A stretch of 53,244 bases of DNA from an uncultured Candidatus Planktophila sp. GTDB taxonomy: Bacteria > Actinomycetota > Actinomycetes > Nanopelagicales > Nanopelagicaceae. Numbering within the stretch: the first letter of the stretch is position 1; each line of letters opens with the position of its first letter. The stretch is from assembly GCA_937864425.1 (NCBI GenBank), contig CALMJL010000129.1, positions 1-53,244 on the forward strand. The letters are read 5' to 3'. Made by a program: the position numbers and the translations under genes. Below the pieces are notes generated by a model. That model did not search any database. It saw only the letters and a list, made by a program, of their open reading frames with translations, and was not told the DNA's origin. This document shows positions 1-10,833 of the stretch, one piece after another.

Positions 1-926
1 AGCTTCCTAATCAATTCGTCTGCAATATTTTCTTGCACAATTAAGCGCGATCCCGCACAGCAGACATGACCTTGATTAAAGAAGATTCCGTTGATGATTC
101 CTTCAACCGTTTCATCGATAGGAGAGTCTTCAAAGACTAGATTTGCACCTTTTCCACCGAGTTCAAGCGTTGCTTTCTTATCAGTTGCTGCGATAGCGCG
201 CGCTATCTTCTTTCCAACTTCCGTTGAGCCGGTGAAGGCGATTTTCTGAACCCCAGGATGATTGACCAGTGCCGCCCCAGTGCTTCCATCTCCGGTAACA
301 ATATTGACAACGCCATCGGGTAGTTCGGCTTGCTGACAGACCTCTGCAAATAAAAGTGCGGTAAGCGAAGTTGTTTCGGCAGGTTTGAGGACGACGGTAT
401 TACCTGTGGCGAGTGCTGGTGCAACTTTCCAGGCCAACATCAAGAGCGGAAAGTTCCAGGGGATAATCTGTCCGGCAACTCCATATGCGGATGGATTTTT
501 TCCTAATCCTGCATAATCTAATTTATCTGCCCAACCTGCATGATAGAAAAAATGCGCAGCAACGAGTGGAATATCAACATCGCGCGTCTCGCGGATTGGT
601 TTTCCGTTATCTAAGGTTTCAAGTACCGCAAATTCACGGGCACGTTCTTGCAAGATGCGGGCAATTCGGTAGAGATATTTTCCGCGTTCTTTTCCCGATA
701 ATTTCGACCATGTCTTCGTATACGCCTTCGTTGCAGCAGCAACTGCTTTATCGATATCACTTTGGTTTCCCAGTGAAATCTGACTTAAGACTTCTTCCGT
801 TGCAGGATTGAGCGTTGGAAACAATTTTTTGCCTGCGACAAATGAGCCATTAATAAAGTGGCCATATTTGGGCTTGATTTTCACAATCGAGCTGGATTCC
901 AGCGACGGTGCATACTCAAATGTCAT
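1..926 (-). CDS. Aldehyde dehydrogenase family protein (3' end runs off the window)
   Basis: Not in the ORF track; manual minus-strand translation from ATG at 926 gives MTFEYAPSLESSSIVKIKPKYGHFING..., then IIPWNFP, LKPAETTSL, FTGST, LELGGKGA and FNQGHVC (catalytic Glu and Cys motifs). GGAG SD upstream; directly downstream of deoC. Confidence 0.93.
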   Translation of the reverse strand, partial: MTFEYAPSLESSSIVKIKPKYGHFINGSFVAGKKLFPTLNPATEEVLSQISLGNQSDIDKAVAAATKAYTKTWSKLSGKERGKYLYRIARILQERAREFAVLETLDNGKPIRETRDVDIPLVAAHFFYHAGWADKLDYAGLGKNPSAYGVAGQIIPWNFPLLMLAWKVAPALATGNTVVLKPAETTSLTALLFAEVCQQAELPDGVVNIVTGDGSTGAALVNHPGVQKIAFTGSTEVGKKIARAIAATDKKATLELGGKGANLVFEDSPIDETVEGIINGIFFNQGHVCCAGSRLIVQENIADELIRK

Positions 927-937
927 TGCTGCTCCAG

Positions 938-1885
938 TTAATCAATCGTGACGTATTGAGGGCTAGCGTAGTAGCCATCTTCCATTTTCATGCGTTGCAT
1001 CAATAGATCATTGAGAAGAGCACTTGCCCCAATGCGGAAATATTGCGGTGTGAGCCATTCTGGACCCGCTGTTTCATTCACAAGGACCAATTGCTTGATG
1101 GCATCTTTAGTTGTGCGAATTCCTCCTGCAGGCTTGACGCCAATGCGCCGCTTCGTCATTTCATAGAAATCTCGCACCGCTTCCAGCATGACTAAAACAA
1201 CGGGGGGAGTGGCAGCGGGAGCAACTTTGCCAGTTGATGTCTTAATAAAATCGGCCCCAGCCAACATCGCAAGATAAGAGGCCTTTCGCACATTGTCATA
1301 AGTAACAAGTTCACCTGTCTCAAAAATGACTTTGAGATGTGCTTTATCTCCACAGACTTGTCGAATTTTTACTATCTCTTCAAAAACTAGACCGTAATTT
1401 CCAGCTAGAAATGCTCCGCGATCAATCACCATATCAATCTCTGCAGCTCCTGCATCAATTGCATCTTGGGTATCCCGAATTTTGACATCCATGGATGCAC
1501 GACCAGATGGAAACGCAGTTGAGACTGCTGCAACGGGTACAGCCTTTCCGCCAATTGCATCTAAATGTGTACGTGCAATTTTCACCATGTCGTTATAGAC
1601 ACAGATGGCACCAACGCTTGGCACGGAAGAATCTGTGGGATCTGGTCTGACCGCCTTAGCGCAGAGTGCGCGAACTTTCCCAGGAGTGTCAGCGCCTTCC
1701 AAGGTTGTTAAATCAACCATGGAGATTGCGGTATCGATTGCCCACTTCTTTGCCGAAGTTTTGATGCTGCGCGTTGCCAACATGGCAGCGCGTGATTCGG
1801 CGCCTACTTGGTCGACTCCAGGGAGCTGGTGGAGGAATTGAAGAAGTGATTTTTCACTTCCGTCGACTAACCCATAAAAACTCAC
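938..1885 (-). CDS. deoC: Deoxyribose-phosphate aldolase
   Basis: DLTTL, AFPSG, EIDMV, LKVIFETGEL, FIKTSTGK (Schiff-base Lys), GVKPAGGIR, RIGAS motifs. Confidence 0.96.
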   Translation of the reverse strand: MSFYGLVDGSEKSLLQFLHQLPGVDQVGAESRAAMLATRSIKTSAKKWAIDTAISMVDLTTLEGADTPGKVRALCAKAVRPDPTDSSVPSVGAICVYNDMVKIARTHLDAIGGKAVPVAAVSTAFPSGRASMDVKIRDTQDAIDAGAAEIDMVIDRGAFLAGNYGLVFEEIVKIRQVCGDKAHLKVIFETGELVTYDNVRKASYLAMLAGADFIKTSTGKVAPAATPPVVLVMLEAVRDFYEMTKRRIGVKPAGGIRTTKDAIKQLVLVNETAGPEWLTPQYFRIGASALLNDLLMQRMKMEDGYYASPQYVTID

Positions 1886-3498
1886 GATAGGAATTCTTTC
1901 AGAGGATTGCGCACATCGTCGAGTAATTTCTCTGCAATATCTGCACTTTCACTAATTACCTCGATATAACACTTTAATTTCGCTTCAGTCCCTGAAGGTC
2001 GAATGATGACTCGAATATCTTCATCTAACCAGATGCGAAGACCATCAGTGGGTGGCAGTCCGTCCTGTGGAGCAGCCAGATCATCGATTCTTTTAACTGG
2101 GCGACCTGCAATCTGTGCTGGTGGATTGGTGCGAAGTTGATGGAGCAATGCAGTTATCGATTTCATATCTTTGACGCGAATTGAAATTTGTTCAGTGCCA
2201 TGAAAACCATGGCGTTTCCATACATCATCCAATAAGTCTGAGAGCGATAGCCCGCTGCGCTTGAGATCCATGGCAATCTGCGTTAAATAAATGGCAGCTG
2301 AGATTCCATCTTTATCGTTCACAGTCTCTGAATCCACTGCATAACCAATTGCTTCTTCGTAGCCAAATGCCAAGTCTTCGATTTTAGCGAGCCATTTAAA
2401 ACCAGTTAGGGTCTCTTGAAAATCTACCCCGTAATGGTGAGCAATTTTCTTTAAAGCTGATGATGAGACGATGGAATTTCCAAATATTCCTGTGGGTTTA
2501 GTGCGCGCAATCCACTCACCGAAAATTATTCCTAATTCATCACCACGCAACATCCGCCAATTCCCAGATTTATCACAGATCGCGGCAGCACATCGATCTG
2601 CATCAGGATCATTTGCAATCACGAGATCCGCGCTGATGGCGCGCGCTTTTGCTAGCGCTAAATCAATTGCACCTGGTTCTTCAGGATTAGGAAAGGCAAC
2701 TGTTGGAAAATCTGGATCAGGCGTGCATTGTTCGTCGACGGTGACTAATCCCGTAAAACCCGCCTTACTAAAAACTTTCTGCACCGTTTCAGTGCCAACT
2801 CCATGCATGGCGGTGTAGACAACTTTGATATCACCTGGTTGTGGAGCAAGTGCACTTGTGCGCTTGATGTATTCATCAACAACATCTTCTCCGAGTACTG
2901 TCCAAGTGCGGCTCCGGGGTTGTGTAGCAAGCGATGTGATGGCGGCGATTTCAGCTGCCATGTAAGTATCGGTCGGATTAATGATTTGCGAAGCCGCATA
3001 AGAAATGCCATCAGCTGTTGGTCCTACATAGACCTTGTAACCATTGTCTTGAGGTGGATTATGGCTGGCAGTGACCATGATTCCGATATCGCACTGTAAG
3101 TAAGAAGTTGCAAAGGCGAGCACTGGAGTTGGCAGTGGTCTGGGAAGTACAAAAACCTGCATTCCTGCGCCACTAAAAATTTCAGCGCTTTCGAAGGTGA
3201 AATCTTCAGATCCGTGCCGCGCATCTCGTCCAATCACGACTGTCTTCATGTTGCGCTTTTTCATATATGAGGCAATACCTGCGGCTGCTCGTCCAACGAC
3301 TGCACGATTCATGCAGGATGGACCTGGTCCTACTGGTCCACGCAGGCCGGCAGTTCCAAATTGTAAAAAACCGCTAAAAAAAGTTCGAAGTTGGGTTTCA
3401 TCGTCTGCACTGAGCAGTTTGCGCAGCTGCTCTGCCGTTACTGGATCTGGATCATCGCTGATCCAATTTTCTACTTCGGTTCGAAGTGCAACATCCAT
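1882..3498 (-). CDS. Phospho-sugar mutase (alpha-D-phosphohexomutase family; likely phosphopentomutase from context)
   Basis: FGTAGLRG, TASHNP (phospho-Ser), DPDADR, GYEEA, RPSGTE; lies between punA and deoC. Confidence 0.9.
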   Translation of the reverse strand: MDVALRTEVENWISDDPDPVTAEQLRKLLSADDETQLRTFFSGFLQFGTAGLRGPVGPGPSCMNRAVVGRAAAGIASYMKKRNMKTVVIGRDARHGSEDFTFESAEIFSGAGMQVFVLPRPLPTPVLAFATSYLQCDIGIMVTASHNPPQDNGYKVYVGPTADGISYAASQIINPTDTYMAAEIAAITSLATQPRSRTWTVLGEDVVDEYIKRTSALAPQPGDIKVVYTAMHGVGTETVQKVFSKAGFTGLVTVDEQCTPDPDFPTVAFPNPEEPGAIDLALAKARAISADLVIANDPDADRCAAAICDKSGNWRMLRGDELGIIFGEWIARTKPTGIFGNSIVSSSALKKIAHHYGVDFQETLTGFKWLAKIEDLAFGYEEAIGYAVDSETVNDKDGISAAIYLTQIAMDLKRSGLSLSDLLDDVWKRHGFHGTEQISIRVKDMKSITALLHQLRTNPPAQIAGRPVKRIDDLAAPQDGLPPTDGLRIWLDEDIRVIIRPSGTEAKLKCYIEVISESADIAEKLLDDVRNPLKEFLS

Positions 3499-3508
3499 GA
3501 TTGACTCG

Positions 3509-4339
3509 CTATATCAATTGCGGAATGGTCTGTTTTAGAAGTGTACCCATTCGGCTTGCTGCTGCTTTTCCCGCTGCAATAACTTCTTCGTGGTTTAACT
3601 TTTCGCCGGTGATTCCAGCTGCAGCATTTGTGACAAGAGAAATTCCAAGTACTTCAGCTCCAAGTGCATGTGCTGCAATTGCTTCCGGCACAGTGGACAT
3701 TCCAACAAGATCTGCACCCATGGTGCGCATCATGGCAATTTCCGCTGGAGTTTCGTAAGTCGGTCCACGCCAATGAACATAGACACCCTCGGCAAGAGTT
3801 GAATCAGCTGATTTCATAATGCTTCGTATTCTCTTGCTGTATAAATCTGTGAGATCAACAAAAGTTGCACCGCTTAAAGGTGAGACTGCAGTCAGTGATA
3901 TATGGTCACGAATCAGTACAGGCTGACCTACCGAGTAATCGCGATTTATTCCGCCACATGCATTGGTCAAAATAACAACTTTGCATCCAGCTTGAACGGC
4001 GGTGCGCACGCCATGCACAACTGGTTCGACACCTTTTCCTTCATAGAGATGTGTGCGTCCTAAGAAAACTAAGGCGCGAATATTTTTCCCATTTTCAGAG
4101 ATGAGATACGAGCGCACCTTTCCGGAGTGACCTTCAACTGCTGGTGCCGAAAATCCAGGAAGTTCATGAGCATCACATTCAAATGTCGGTGTTCCGAGCG
4201 CATCAGCAGCTCCGACCCACCCAGAACCCATCACGAGTGCGATGTCATGGTGGGGAATGCCGCTGCGCTTTGCTAGTTCAGCTGCTGCACGTGTTGCTGC
4301 TGCAAGTGGATCTGAATACAGGAGATCTGTGGCGCTCAT
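3509..4339 (-). CDS. punA: Purine-nucleoside phosphorylase (trimeric type)
   Basis: [35 protein letters not shown] motifs. Confidence 0.95.
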   Translation of the reverse strand: MSATDLLYSDPLAAATRAAAELAKRSGIPHHDIALVMGSGWVGAADALGTPTFECDAHELPGFSAPAVEGHSGKVRSYLISENGKNIRALVFLGRTHLYEGKGVEPVVHGVRTAVQAGCKVVILTNACGGINRDYSVGQPVLIRDHISLTAVSPLSGATFVDLTDLYSKRIRSIMKSADSTLAEGVYVHWRGPTYETPAEIAMMRTMGADLVGMSTVPEAIAAHALGAEVLGISLVTNAAAGITGEKLNHEEVIAAGKAAASRMGTLLKQTIPQLI

Positions 4340-6054
4340 GCCTCAATAATGTCACAGAGAATGGCGCCACTTGCAACAGTTTCTCCGATAACAGCTTTGA
4401 GGTTGGTAATCACTCCATCTTTATGAGCGTTCAGCGGTTGCTCCATCTTCATCGCTTCAAGAACTACAACTAAATCTCCTGCCGCAACTTTTTGACCTTC
4501 TGTGACAGCGATTTTTACGACGGTTCCCTGCATTGGACTTGTGAGTCCAGTGCCCATATTTCCACTCGTCGCAGATTGCTTAGCTCTGTGACGCTTTACA
4601 ACAGGTTCGGGGCTATGGACCAGGATTTCAAATCGTTTTCCATTTACTTCTGCAACCAATTTTTCAGCAGCAACACGTGTTTGTATCTCAGTGCCAACGT
4701 AGTCACCAGCTGGAATATCATTCTTAAATTCATTTTCAATATAGCTGGTATACACAGAAAAATTTTCGGTAAAGGCTGGGTCTTGCAAGATTGCGCGATG
4801 GAAGGGCAGCGCAGTTGCTAAACCTTCCACTGTAAATTCTGCCAAGGCGCGACGTGCTCTTTCTATTGCTTGCTTTCTGGTTGCACCAGTCACAATCAAT
4901 TTGGCAAGCAATGAGTCAAAATTTCCGCCAATGACATCGCCATTTCTAAAACCGGCATCAACTCTTACCCCTGGTCCGCTAGGGAAATTCCATGCGGAAA
5001 TTCGCCCAGGTGCTGGCAAAAATGAACGTCCAGGATTTTCGCCATTGATGCGGAACTCAATCGAGTGCCCGCGAATAATCGGATCATCGAACCCGAGATT
5101 TTCACCCATCGCTATGCGGAATTGTTCACGCACTAAATCAATGCCAGTAACTTCTTCTGAGACTGGATGTTCAACTTGCAGGCGCGTGTTTACTTCTAAG
5201 AATGAGATGGTGCCATCGTTGCCAACGAGAAATTCGCAGGTACCAGCGCCGACGTATCCCGCCTCTTTCATGATTGCTTTGCTAGATCGATACAGTTCTT
5301 CAATTTGTTTTTCACTAAGAAACGGAGCAGGCGCTTCTTCTACCAACTTTTGGTGGCGTCTTTGGAGCGAACAATCTCGGGTTGAGATAACAACAGCGTG
5401 CCCTGATTGATCCACTAACACCTGCGTTTCAACGTGCCGCGGCTTATCAAGATAGCGCTCTACGAAACACTCACCGCGCCCGAAGCCAGTAATTGCCTCG
5501 CGGACTGCTGATGCATAGAGCTCTGGAATTTCTTCAAGGGTGCGTGCAACTTTCAAGCCTCGGCCACCACCGCCAAATGCTGCTTTGATGGCGACAGGCA
5601 ATCCATGCTCCTTAGCAAATGCAATAACTTCATCAGCACCGGATACAGGATCTGGAGTTCCAGCAACGAGTGGAGCCCCTGCGGCAGCAGCAATCTTGCG
5701 CGCTGAAACTTTATCTCCGAGTGCGCTAATTGCAGCAGGTGGAGGACCAATCCAAATAAGTCCCGCATCAATTACTGCCTGTGCGAATTGAGCGTTCTCG
5801 GAGAGAAAGCCGTAGCCAGGATGAATTGCATCGGCACCAGATTTTTTTGCAACCTCAATTATTTTTGGAATATTCAGGTAGGTGTCTTTTGCGATAACTC
5901 CATCTAAGAAATACGCAAAATCTGCACTCTCAGTATGTAACGCGGTGCGATCTTCTTCGGAATAGATAGCAACAGACTCAAGTCCATGATCTTTGCAAGC
6001 ACGGATAACGCGCAATGCGATTTCGCCACGATTTGCTATGAGTACGCGCTTCAT
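4336..6054 (-). CDS. Acetyl/propionyl-CoA carboxylase alpha subunit (biotin carboxylase plus BCCP; AccA3-type)
   Basis: [42 protein letters not shown] and the C-terminal biotinylation motif EAMKM. Start moved to ATG 6054 (ATGA overlap with maf, AAGGAG SD). Confidence 0.95.
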   Translation of the reverse strand: MKRVLIANRGEIALRVIRACKDHGLESVAIYSEEDRTALHTESADFAYFLDGVIAKDTYLNIPKIIEVAKKSGADAIHPGYGFLSENAQFAQAVIDAGLIWIGPPPAAISALGDKVSARKIAAAAGAPLVAGTPDPVSGADEVIAFAKEHGLPVAIKAAFGGGGRGLKVARTLEEIPELYASAVREAITGFGRGECFVERYLDKPRHVETQVLVDQSGHAVVISTRDCSLQRRHQKLVEEAPAPFLSEKQIEELYRSSKAIMKEAGYVGAGTCEFLVGNDGTISFLEVNTRLQVEHPVSEEVTGIDLVREQFRIAMGENLGFDDPIIRGHSIEFRINGENPGRSFLPAPGRISAWNFPSGPGVRVDAGFRNGDVIGGNFDSLLAKLIVTGATRKQAIERARRALAEFTVEGLATALPFHRAILQDPAFTENFSVYTSYIENEFKNDIPAGDYVGTEIQTRVAAEKLVAEVNGKRFEILVHSPEPVVKRHRAKQSATSGNMGTGLTSPMQGTVVKIAVTEGQKVAAGDLVVVLEAMKMEQPLNAHKDGVITNLKAVIGETVASGAILCDIIEA

Positions 6055-6653
6055 GCCAACTCCTTTACCTGTGGCCAAGCGTAACCAAGTTGCGCGAGTG
6101 CGCTGCGAAGAAATGGCATCGAAATTCCTACTACGTTGGTGTAATCACCTTCGATGTGCGGAATAAATGGAGATCCAAATCCATCTAAGGTAAAACCACC
6201 AGCAACCTGTAACGGTTCGCCAGAAGCTACATAATCTGCAATTTCGGCATCAGACATTTTAGAAAAGGTAACTTTTGTGGTCACTCGATCTGCGATCTCT
6301 TTTCCCTTTTCGGTGTCAATAATGCAATGTCCAGTATGAAGTAAACCTGATCGCCCACTAATTTTCTGAGCTCGGCTTGTAGCAACTTCTGCATTTCCTG
6401 GTTTACCAAAGCTCTCGCCATCCACATCAAAAGTTGAGTCACACCCAATAATGATGGCTGGGTAATCGATTAATTCTCTGACTGTGTGGGCCTTGGCAAT
6501 TGCGAGAGCAATCACCATATCTTGAGGGCTCATTGCATTGAAAAAATCAGTCTCTTCATCAACGTGACTCACAACAATTGTGGGCTTAAGCCCAGCGTCT
6601 TCTAAGAGCCTACGTCGTGACTTTGATTGTGATGCAAGGACAATACGTGGCAT
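6051..6653 (-). CDS. maf: Maf-family nucleoside-triphosphate pyrophosphatase
   Basis: [36 protein letters not shown]; usual position between accE and accA3. Confidence 0.93.
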   Translation of the reverse strand: MPRIVLASQSKSRRRLLEDAGLKPTIVVSHVDEETDFFNAMSPQDMVIALAIAKAHTVRELIDYPAIIIGCDSTFDVDGESFGKPGNAEVATSRAQKISGRSGLLHTGHCIIDTEKGKEIADRVTTKVTFSKMSDAEIADYVASGEPLQVAGGFTLDGFGSPFIPHIEGDYTNVVGISMPFLRSALAQLGYAWPQVKELA

Positions 6654-6836
6654 TTATCTCGACCTACGTGCGCCAAATGAAATTTGATGTGGGAGTGGTT
6701 GGCGAATATGAGGAAGACCGAAATTGCTGCGCTGTACTACTGGAGCATGCACCACAACTTTTCGAGTACGAAGCACTTGTTCTAACGCCGCTAGCTCTTC
6801 TGGAGTTGGATTTCCAGATGTGACAGTGAAATTCAT
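6654..6836 (-). CDS. Acyl-CoA carboxylase epsilon subunit
   Basis: 60 aa with the GNPTPEELAAL motif, immediately downstream of the beta subunit. Confidence 0.85.
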   Translation of the reverse strand: MNFTVTSGNPTPEELAALEQVLRTRKVVVHAPVVQRSNFGLPHIRQPLPHQISFGARRSR

Positions 6837-6838
6837 GT

Positions 6839-8410
6839 TTAAAGAGGAATGTTTCCGTGCTTACGTGCGGGGAGCGCATCTCGCTTGGTCTTCAGAGTGC
6901 GAAATGCTTTGGTGATGTATTGCCGTGACTCTTCTGGCTCAATCACGCTATCAATTGTGCCGCGCTCTGCTGCTAAATATGGGTTAGAGAATTTCTCGGT
7001 ATATTCATTCATCAGTTCAGCGCGCTTGGCATCTAGATCTTTCGCTTCTGACAATTCTTTTCGATAGAGAATATTGACCGCACCTTGTGCACCCATGACT
7101 GCAATTTCGGCGGTTGGCCAAGCAAAGTTGATATCGCTGCCGAGGTACTTTGAACCCATCACGATAAATGCGCCGCCATAAGCTTTCCGGGTAATCAAGG
7201 TGACGAGCGGAACCGATGCTTCTGCATATGCGTAAAGCAATTTAGCTCCACGTCGAATAATTCCATTCCACTCTTGTTCTGTTCCAGGCATAAAGCCAGG
7301 AACATCGACGAGAGTCAAAATTGGGATACTAAACGCATCGCAGAAACGAAGGAATCGCGCAGCTTTTTCGGATGAATTAATGTCAAGAGTTCCGGCCAAT
7401 TGCGAAGGTTGATTTGCAATGATTCCAATTGATTGACCTTCGATACGAGCAAAACCAACAACAACGTTTGGCGCAAAGAGAGCATGTACTTCAAGAAACT
7501 CTCCCTCATCGACAAGAGTTTGAATCAAAACCTTCATGTCATATGGCTGATTAGGACTATCTGGGATGAGGGAGTTGAGAGCGCGATCCTGCTCGGATTT
7601 ATCTAAAGTCTCAGTCGCAGGAAGTATCGGTGAACCATCTAGATTATTTGATGGAAGGTATGAGAGAAGTGCTTTTACATAATCAATGGCATCTGCTTCA
7701 GATTCTGCTAAATAGTGAGCGTTACCTGATTTGGTGTTATGGGTAAAGGCGCCACCGAGTTCTTCCATTCCAACTTCTTCTCCGGTGACAGTCTTGATGA
7801 CATCTGGGCCGGTAATAAACATGTTGGAAGTCTCCTTCACCATAATGGTGAAGTCAGTGAGCGCTGGAGAATAAGCCGAACCACCTGCACAAGGACCTAA
7901 AATCAGAGAAATCTGAGGGATAACTCCTGATGAACGAGTATTGAGCCTAAATATTTTTCCGTAACCATTAAGCGATGCAACACCCTCTTGAATACGCGCA
8001 CCACCTGAATCATTAATTCCAATAAGTGGAATTCCAGATTTCAAGGCAAACTCTGCAATTTTGACGATCTTGTCCGCGTGTACTTCACCGAGTGAGCCGC
8101 CAAAAACTGTGAAATCTTGTGAGTACAAGGCAATTGGTCTGCCATCTACTGTTGCAGTTCCAATAACTACGCCATCGCCATAGGGACGATTTTTTTCCAT
8201 TCCAAAATTGGAAGCGCGATGTTTTGCGAATTCATCAATCTCAGTAAAGGAGTCTGGGTCCACCAACATTTCAATGCGCTCGCGCGCAGTGCCCTTACCC
8301 TTCGCATGTTGCTTTTCTGCAGCGCGCTTGGATCCATCATGGACAGCTTCATCAATTCGATTTCGTAAATCCGTGATTTTTCCCGATGTAGTGTGCATAT
8401 CTGGGCTCAT
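6839..8410 (-). CDS. Acyl-CoA carboxylase beta (carboxyltransferase) subunit, AccD5/PccB type
   Basis: [47 protein letters not shown]. Start 8410 supported by -10 TACCTT 6 nt upstream. Confidence 0.95.
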   Translation of the reverse strand: MSPDMHTTSGKITDLRNRIDEAVHDGSKRAAEKQHAKGKGTARERIEMLVDPDSFTEIDEFAKHRASNFGMEKNRPYGDGVVIGTATVDGRPIALYSQDFTVFGGSLGEVHADKIVKIAEFALKSGIPLIGINDSGGARIQEGVASLNGYGKIFRLNTRSSGVIPQISLILGPCAGGSAYSPALTDFTIMVKETSNMFITGPDVIKTVTGEEVGMEELGGAFTHNTKSGNAHYLAESEADAIDYVKALLSYLPSNNLDGSPILPATETLDKSEQDRALNSLIPDSPNQPYDMKVLIQTLVDEGEFLEVHALFAPNVVVGFARIEGQSIGIIANQPSQLAGTLDINSSEKAARFLRFCDAFSIPILTLVDVPGFMPGTEQEWNGIIRRGAKLLYAYAEASVPLVTLITRKAYGGAFIVMGSKYLGSDINFAWPTAEIAVMGAQGAVNILYRKELSEAKDLDAKRAELMNEYTEKFSNPYLAAERGTIDSVIEPEESRQYITKAFRTLKTKRDALPARKHGNIPL

Positions 8411-8428
8411 GAACATAAGGTACTAGCC
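8411..8428. promoter_or_regulatory. Overlapping divergent leaderless -10 elements for accD (-) and birA (+)
   Basis: 18-bp gap. Plus-strand TAAGGT (8416-8421) lies 7 nt before ATG 8429; minus-strand TACCTT (8422-8417) lies 6 nt before ATG 8410. Confidence 0.7.
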
Positions 8429-9196
8429 ATGAGTCCTGTTGCGCCAAGACCGTTGCTCGATGTTTCTGCGATTACAGAACATGTCTCGCAATACTGGCGA
8501 GTAAGCGTGGTCGAAGTCACCGGATCAACGCAATTAGATTTATTGGAAAAGGCCAAACACAGCACTCTTAAAGATGGCGATGTTTTACTCGCTGAGTATC
8601 AAAAATCAGGCAAAGGTCGACTCGATCGAACATTTGAAGCGGCACCATCCACTGCATTGATGCTTTCGTTATACATAGAACCGAAGATAGAAAAACACGA
8701 ATGGAGTTTTATTCCACTTCTTACTGGACTCAGTGTTGTAATCGCCTTACACGAGAGAAATCAAGACACCGAGATTAAGTTGAAGTGGCCCAATGATTTA
8801 TTTGTTGGAGAGAAAAAACTCGGAGGAATTATTGCTCAGGCAGTAGAAAAAGGGGTCGTGATTGGTATTGGCATCAATGTTGCCATGAACTCTGATCAAT
8901 TACCGGTTCCACATGCAACGTCGCTTCTGATAGAAGGAGCAAAACATTTAGATCGCAATGTGTTGTGTAGTGAAATACTTAATACTCTTGACGAGCTTCT
9001 GCAACGCTGGATTTCGGGTGAAGATTTGCTCCACCTTTATCGAGAAAAGAGCGCGACTTTAGGACAAGACGTTGAAATTGAGTTGCCTGGTGGAAATCGC
9101 ATTACCGGGCTTGCTTCTGATTTCTCACGTGCAGGTGAGCTAATACTGAGAGATGGAACTCGAGTAACTGTGGGAGATGTGATTCATCTACGATAG
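8429..9196 (+). CDS. birA: Biotin--[acetyl-CoA carboxylase] ligase (no N-terminal HTH)
   Basis: TGST, AEYQ..GKGRLDR, LKWPND, KKLGGI, GIGIN, VGDVIHLR. Confidence 0.94.
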   Translation: MSPVAPRPLLDVSAITEHVSQYWRVSVVEVTGSTQLDLLEKAKHSTLKDGDVLLAEYQKSGKGRLDRTFEAAPSTALMLSLYIEPKIEKHEWSFIPLLTGLSVVIALHERNQDTEIKLKWPNDLFVGEKKLGGIIAQAVEKGVVIGIGINVAMNSDQLPVPHATSLLIEGAKHLDRNVLCSEILNTLDELLQRWISGEDLLHLYREKSATLGQDVEIELPGGNRITGLASDFSRAGELILRDGTRVTVGDVIHLR

Positions 9197-9200
9197 CGCC

Positions 9201-10325
9201 GTGACTGCAGAAGTCTTGAAATCTTTTCCCACCGTAGGCGTGATTGGGGCAGGACAGCTTGCTCGGATGATGGTTGCACCTGCCACAGAGTTAGGCATTA
9301 CTTTGCGGCTCTTTGCGACAAGCTCTCAAGATTCGGGTGCGCAAGTGTGTTCACATGTTGTTGGTGATTATAAAAATATAGAACACCTGAAGAAATTTGC
9401 GGAAGAGTGTGACGTCATCACTTTTGAGCACGAGCTAGTGCCACTTTCTGTGATCAAAGGATTAGAAGCCGCTGGCGTCCGGGTTTATCCTTCATCGGCA
9501 GCATTTATTTATTCTCAGGATAAAGCTGAGATGCGTAGAAAATTGCAGAATTTTCCAGCCCCACAATGGCTCGTTGTTTCTTCAGCTGATCAAGTTACCG
9601 AATTTCCCGTTATTGCAAAATCTCTTTCTGGTGGTTACGACGGTAGGGGAGTCTGGAAAGTTGCTTCAGCTGACCAATTGAGTGATTTGCTGCAGCAAAA
9701 CGGAACCTTGCTTGTAGAAGAGTTAATTAAATTTGATGCTGAAATTGCAGTGATGGTTGCACGCTCTCCGCATGGCCAAGCAACAAGTTGGACTCCCACT
9801 GAAACTGTGCAAGTTGATGGCATTTGCACGATGACAATTTCACCTGCCACAAGCATTTCAAGCGATGTAGCCGAGTCGGCGCAGCGTTTGGCGCTTGAAG
9901 TGGCGAATGAAGTCGGAGTTGTCGGTGTGATGGCGATTGAGATGTTTGTTAAAGGGGGAGAACTCTTCATCAATGAACTTGCCATGCGCCCACATAATTC
10001 TGGTCATTGGACTATTGAAGGATCACGCACCAGCCAATTTGAACAACATTTACGTGCAATTCTGGATCTGCCACTTGGTGATCCAAAAATGACTAGTAGG
10101 TACGCAGTGATGGGAAATATTTTGGGCGGGGAAAAAACGAATATGTATCGCCCCTACCTTCACCTCATGGCACGAAATCCTGATCTCAAATTTCATCAGT
10201 ATCAAAAAGAAGTACGTTTGGGCCGCAAGATTGGCCATGTTACTGCGCTCGGTGATGACCTCGTACAATTAACCACTGACGTGCAACATGCGCGCCAATA
10301 CATGAGCGGAGAGATTGATGAGTAA
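9201..10325 (+). CDS. purK: N5-carboxyaminoimidazole ribonucleotide synthase
   Basis: [49 protein letters not shown]; -10 TACGAT 6 nt before the GTG. Confidence 0.96.
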   Translation: MTAEVLKSFPTVGVIGAGQLARMMVAPATELGITLRLFATSSQDSGAQVCSHVVGDYKNIEHLKKFAEECDVITFEHELVPLSVIKGLEAAGVRVYPSSAAFIYSQDKAEMRRKLQNFPAPQWLVVSSADQVTEFPVIAKSLSGGYDGRGVWKVASADQLSDLLQQNGTLLVEELIKFDAEIAVMVARSPHGQATSWTPTETVQVDGICTMTISPATSISSDVAESAQRLALEVANEVGVVGVMAIEMFVKGGELFINELAMRPHNSGHWTIEGSRTSQFEQHLRAILDLPLGDPKMTSRYAVMGNILGGEKTNMYRPYLHLMARNPDLKFHQYQKEVRLGRKIGHVTALGDDLVQLTTDVQHARQYMSGEIDE

Positions 10326-10833
10326 CACATGTGATGTGGCCATCATTATGGGATCCGATTCTGATTGGCCTGTAATGGAGGAAGCTGCCAAGGCGCTTGA
10401 TTCATTTGGTATTTCATATTCTGCAGATGTGATTTCTGCTCACCGCATGCCAGAAGAGATGATGCGATTTGCGCAAGATGCAGCAAGTCAGGGCGTAAAA
10501 GTAATTATTGCTGGAGCTGGTGGCGCTGCCCACCTTCCTGGAATGGTTGCTTCATTGACCACTCTTCCAGTGATCGGCGTTCCAGTTTCTCTAAAAAATT
10601 TAGATGGGCTTGATTCACTTCTTTCAATTGTGCAGATGCCAGGTGGCATCCCCGTTGCAACAGTTGGTATTGATAATGCAAAGAATGCAGGGATTTTGGC
10701 GGCCCGTATTCTGGGCATTAAGGATGCACGTGTCTCAGAGAAAGTTTCAGAGCAACTCAATAGCCTGAATGCAGAGGCAAAAGCAAAAGGCGCTCAATTG
10801 AGCGCCCGCCGCACACATAAAACTGGTTTTTAA
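10318..10833 (+). CDS. purE: N5-CAIR mutase
   Basis: [40 protein letters not shown]. Confidence 0.97.
   Translation: MSNTCDVAIIMGSDSDWPVMEEAAKALDSFGISYSADVISAHRMPEEMMRFAQDAASQGVKVIIAGAGGAAHLPGMVASLTTLPVIGVPVSLKNLDGLDSLLSIVQMPGGIPVATVGIDNAKNAGILAARILGIKDARVSEKVSEQLNSLNAEAKAKGAQLSARRTHKTGF

Noticed and set aside
203-811. ORF-track entries 203-424 (-) and 485-811 (+)
   Set aside because: Alternative-frame or antisense shadows of the aldehyde dehydrogenase CDS (1-926, -), which the track missed because it is truncated.
4901-5791. Long antisense ORFs (e.g. 4901-5410, 5540-5791; similarly 24520-24891, 37646-38101, 40683-41084)
   Set aside because: They lie opposite well-conserved genes, have no recognisable motifs or initiation signals, and are the expected by-product of codon bias.
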